From a virus (lineage: Duplodnaviria > Caudoviricetes): a stretch of 37,310 bases of DNA. The DNA lies in IMG/VR virus record IMGVR_UViG_3300030330_002505, positions 1 to 37,310 of that record. One strand, 5' to 3'. The notes below the pieces were generated by a model. The model searched no databases. It saw only the letters and a list, made by a program, of their open reading frames with translations, and was not told the DNA's origin. The position numbers and the translations under genes were made by a program. Positions 35,972 to 37,310 of this stretch are shown in pieces (the first letter of the stretch is position 1; every line of letters begins with the position of its first letter).

Positions 35972-36985
35972 CTACAGTCTGTACTCGACAGCGCACTCTG
36001 GTCTAAGAATACCATGTCCAAGGGCATACTTTGCCACGAACAAGGTTCCCTGGTGAGCTACTGAGTAGTCTTCCTCGGTCGCAAGATCGAGAAGCTTAAC
36101 AGTACCTACCGCCTGTGGATGGCCACCGATCAGACCTGTATCGGAAATGTCTCCGTTGTAGCCTGTTCCGTTTCCACCGAACACATCGTTAGATGCGTTG
36201 TCATCGTCCTGATCTTGGTTAGCTTCTGCTCCAAGAGCTTGAAGATCCGCAAGGTGCTGTGACTTGAATATCTTAATTCCTGCTACCATCGGCACTGTAC
36301 CTTTACTTACAGAACCAATACCATCTACGTCACGATTGACTGCGATGTTATCAGATGTAAGTAACTTGTAGTACTGTGCTGGTGTAAGAACTGCAAAACG
36401 CTGTCCATCATTTGGTACGTCCTTCTCGTCAAGGCTTTGAGCCATTCCGAAAAGTGCATCAATGATTTCAGCAGCAGTGTCAAGACCATTGCCAGTGTTT
36501 ACAGATGTTCCTGCGTTACCACCAGTTACGTTAGGTGTACTTGTTCTAGCAGCAGCTACCCAAGTCTTCATCACTGCAAGGTCAAATCGCTTGGCAAGTG
36601 CCTTTCCGATCTCTTTTGCATAGATTGAACGAACTGAGTAGTGGTTCTTAACTTCATCAATATTGGCGATGAAAGTTGAACTCACTAACATATCGTCAAT
36701 GTTAATGATTTTCTCATTGTGCTTGATTGCACTGAGGTAACTATTGCCAGCATCAAGAATGTCCTGACCTGGTGTATGGTACTTAGCACTTGCTACTCCA
36801 CTAACTGGGAACTGTGCGCTTTTACCTGATGATATAGACCTGACTGTATGCAAGTCTTTCATTATGTTTACCTCATCAAAAGTTGTGAGGATCTCGTTAG
36901 AAAATACTTTTAGGAATAACGCATTTGCATCACCTGAAGCATTTATCTGACCCAATCTTGATGGGCTTGTATCTCCATTAGCCAT
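35972..36985 (-). CDS. Major capsid protein (T7 gp10-like)
   Basis: ALFLKVFSNEILTTF, RSISSGKSAQFP, IDDMLVS and AKYALGHGILRPECAV motifs. Confidence 0.98.
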   Translation of the reverse strand: MANGDTSPSRLGQINASGDANALFLKVFSNEILTTFDEVNIMKDLHTVRSISSGKSAQFPVSGVASAKYHTPGQDILDAGNSYLSAIKHNEKIINIDDMLVSSTFIANIDEVKNHYSVRSIYAKEIGKALAKRFDLAVMKTWVAAARTSTPNVTGGNAGTSVNTGNGLDTAAEIIDALFGMAQSLDEKDVPNDGQRFAVLTPAQYYKLLTSDNIAVNRDVDGIGSVSKGTVPMVAGIKIFKSQHLADLQALGAEANQDQDDDNASNDVFGGNGTGYNGDISDTGLIGGHPQAVGTVKLLDLATEEDYSVAHQGTLFVAKYALGHGILRPECAVEYRL

Positions 36986-37007
36986 AATTTAATATGTCCT
37001 TTCTGTG

Positions 37008-37308
37008 TTTTATTATGTTTTGTTGTTTATATTTGGGTTATTAACAACTCACTCATTCAATAAAACAAAAAGACCTACTCGGTGTTCTTTGATTAGTTGT
37101 CCCTCGCAAGGGGCTGCACATTAAACAAACCTCTCGGTTCACTTTTGTTGTGTCTTGTCTTTTGTGTGTTGAAATCTATTTATCTCCTGCTGTGTTCCAG
37201 ATCATTCACGTATCTCAGGATTTCTGCTATGGTTTCCTTTTCGGGATCGGTGAACGAATGGACTTTCAGTTTCGAGATGAAATGGGGAATCTTGCTCTTC
37301 GGGGGGCT
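37008..37308. repeat. Terminal direct repeat copy 2 (same as 2-302)
   Basis: Direct sequence identity with the window start. Confidence 0.93.
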
Positions 37309-37310
37309 TG

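Larger units (their letters stand above)
1..37310 (-). mobile_element. Complete T7-like (Autographiviridae-type) podovirus genome, probably temperate, circularly permuted assembly
   Basis: Full T7-like gene set in T7 order (RNAP, SSB, endo I, primase-helicase, Pol, exo, portal, scaffold, capsid, tail A/B, internal proteins, fibre, terminases), all on one strand; also an integrase with a tRNA-derived att site; the ends overlap. Confidence 0.97.

Noticed and set aside
35940-35990. T7-style capsid frameshift or readthrough extension (10B)
   Set aside because: Tandem stop codons follow the capsid ORF and the terminator comes within about 35 nt, leaving no room for an extension domain
91-36628. 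Numerous plus-strand ORFs in the ORF track
   Set aside because: They lie antisense to well-supported minus-strand genes and show no recognisable motifs; treated as shadow ORFs

Overview
The window is an apparently complete, circularly permuted genome (unit length about 37,006 bp; bases 2-302 recur at 37008-37308) of a T7-like podovirus (Autographiviridae-type, with a single-subunit RNA polymerase). All credible genes are on the minus strand. Read in transcription order from the probable physical-end region (about 21.0-21.3 kb), it encodes: AT-rich early genes (HExxH peptidase-like, GP88-like Cys protein, DnaA-CTD-like HTH protein); a tyrosine integrase; an attP holding the 5' half of a tRNA-Leu(TAG) gene; RNAP, SSB, endonuclease I, primase-helicase, DNA polymerase, exonuclease and DUF5664; a candidate phage promoter; five tiny very basic proteins; a 949-aa nested carbohydrate-binding virion protein; portal, scaffold, a holin/spanin-like cassette, capsid, tail tube A/B, internal virion proteins, tail fibre, holin, terminases and an amidase. 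It is therefore probably a temperate T7-like phage with no recognisable CI-like repressor. The most striking unexplained signals are: (1) nine same-orientation GCATTCGGG motifs written across all three reading frames of the int/DnaA-CTD-like region; (2) a 5'-half-tRNA attP directly upstream of the RNAP gene; (3) an identical 17-nt start (MATRPQ) on the integrase and the gp15-like protein; (4) an array of protamine-like micro-proteins sharing a gp6.7/7.3-like LxI motif. Family assignments come from recalled motifs and synteny, not database searches.
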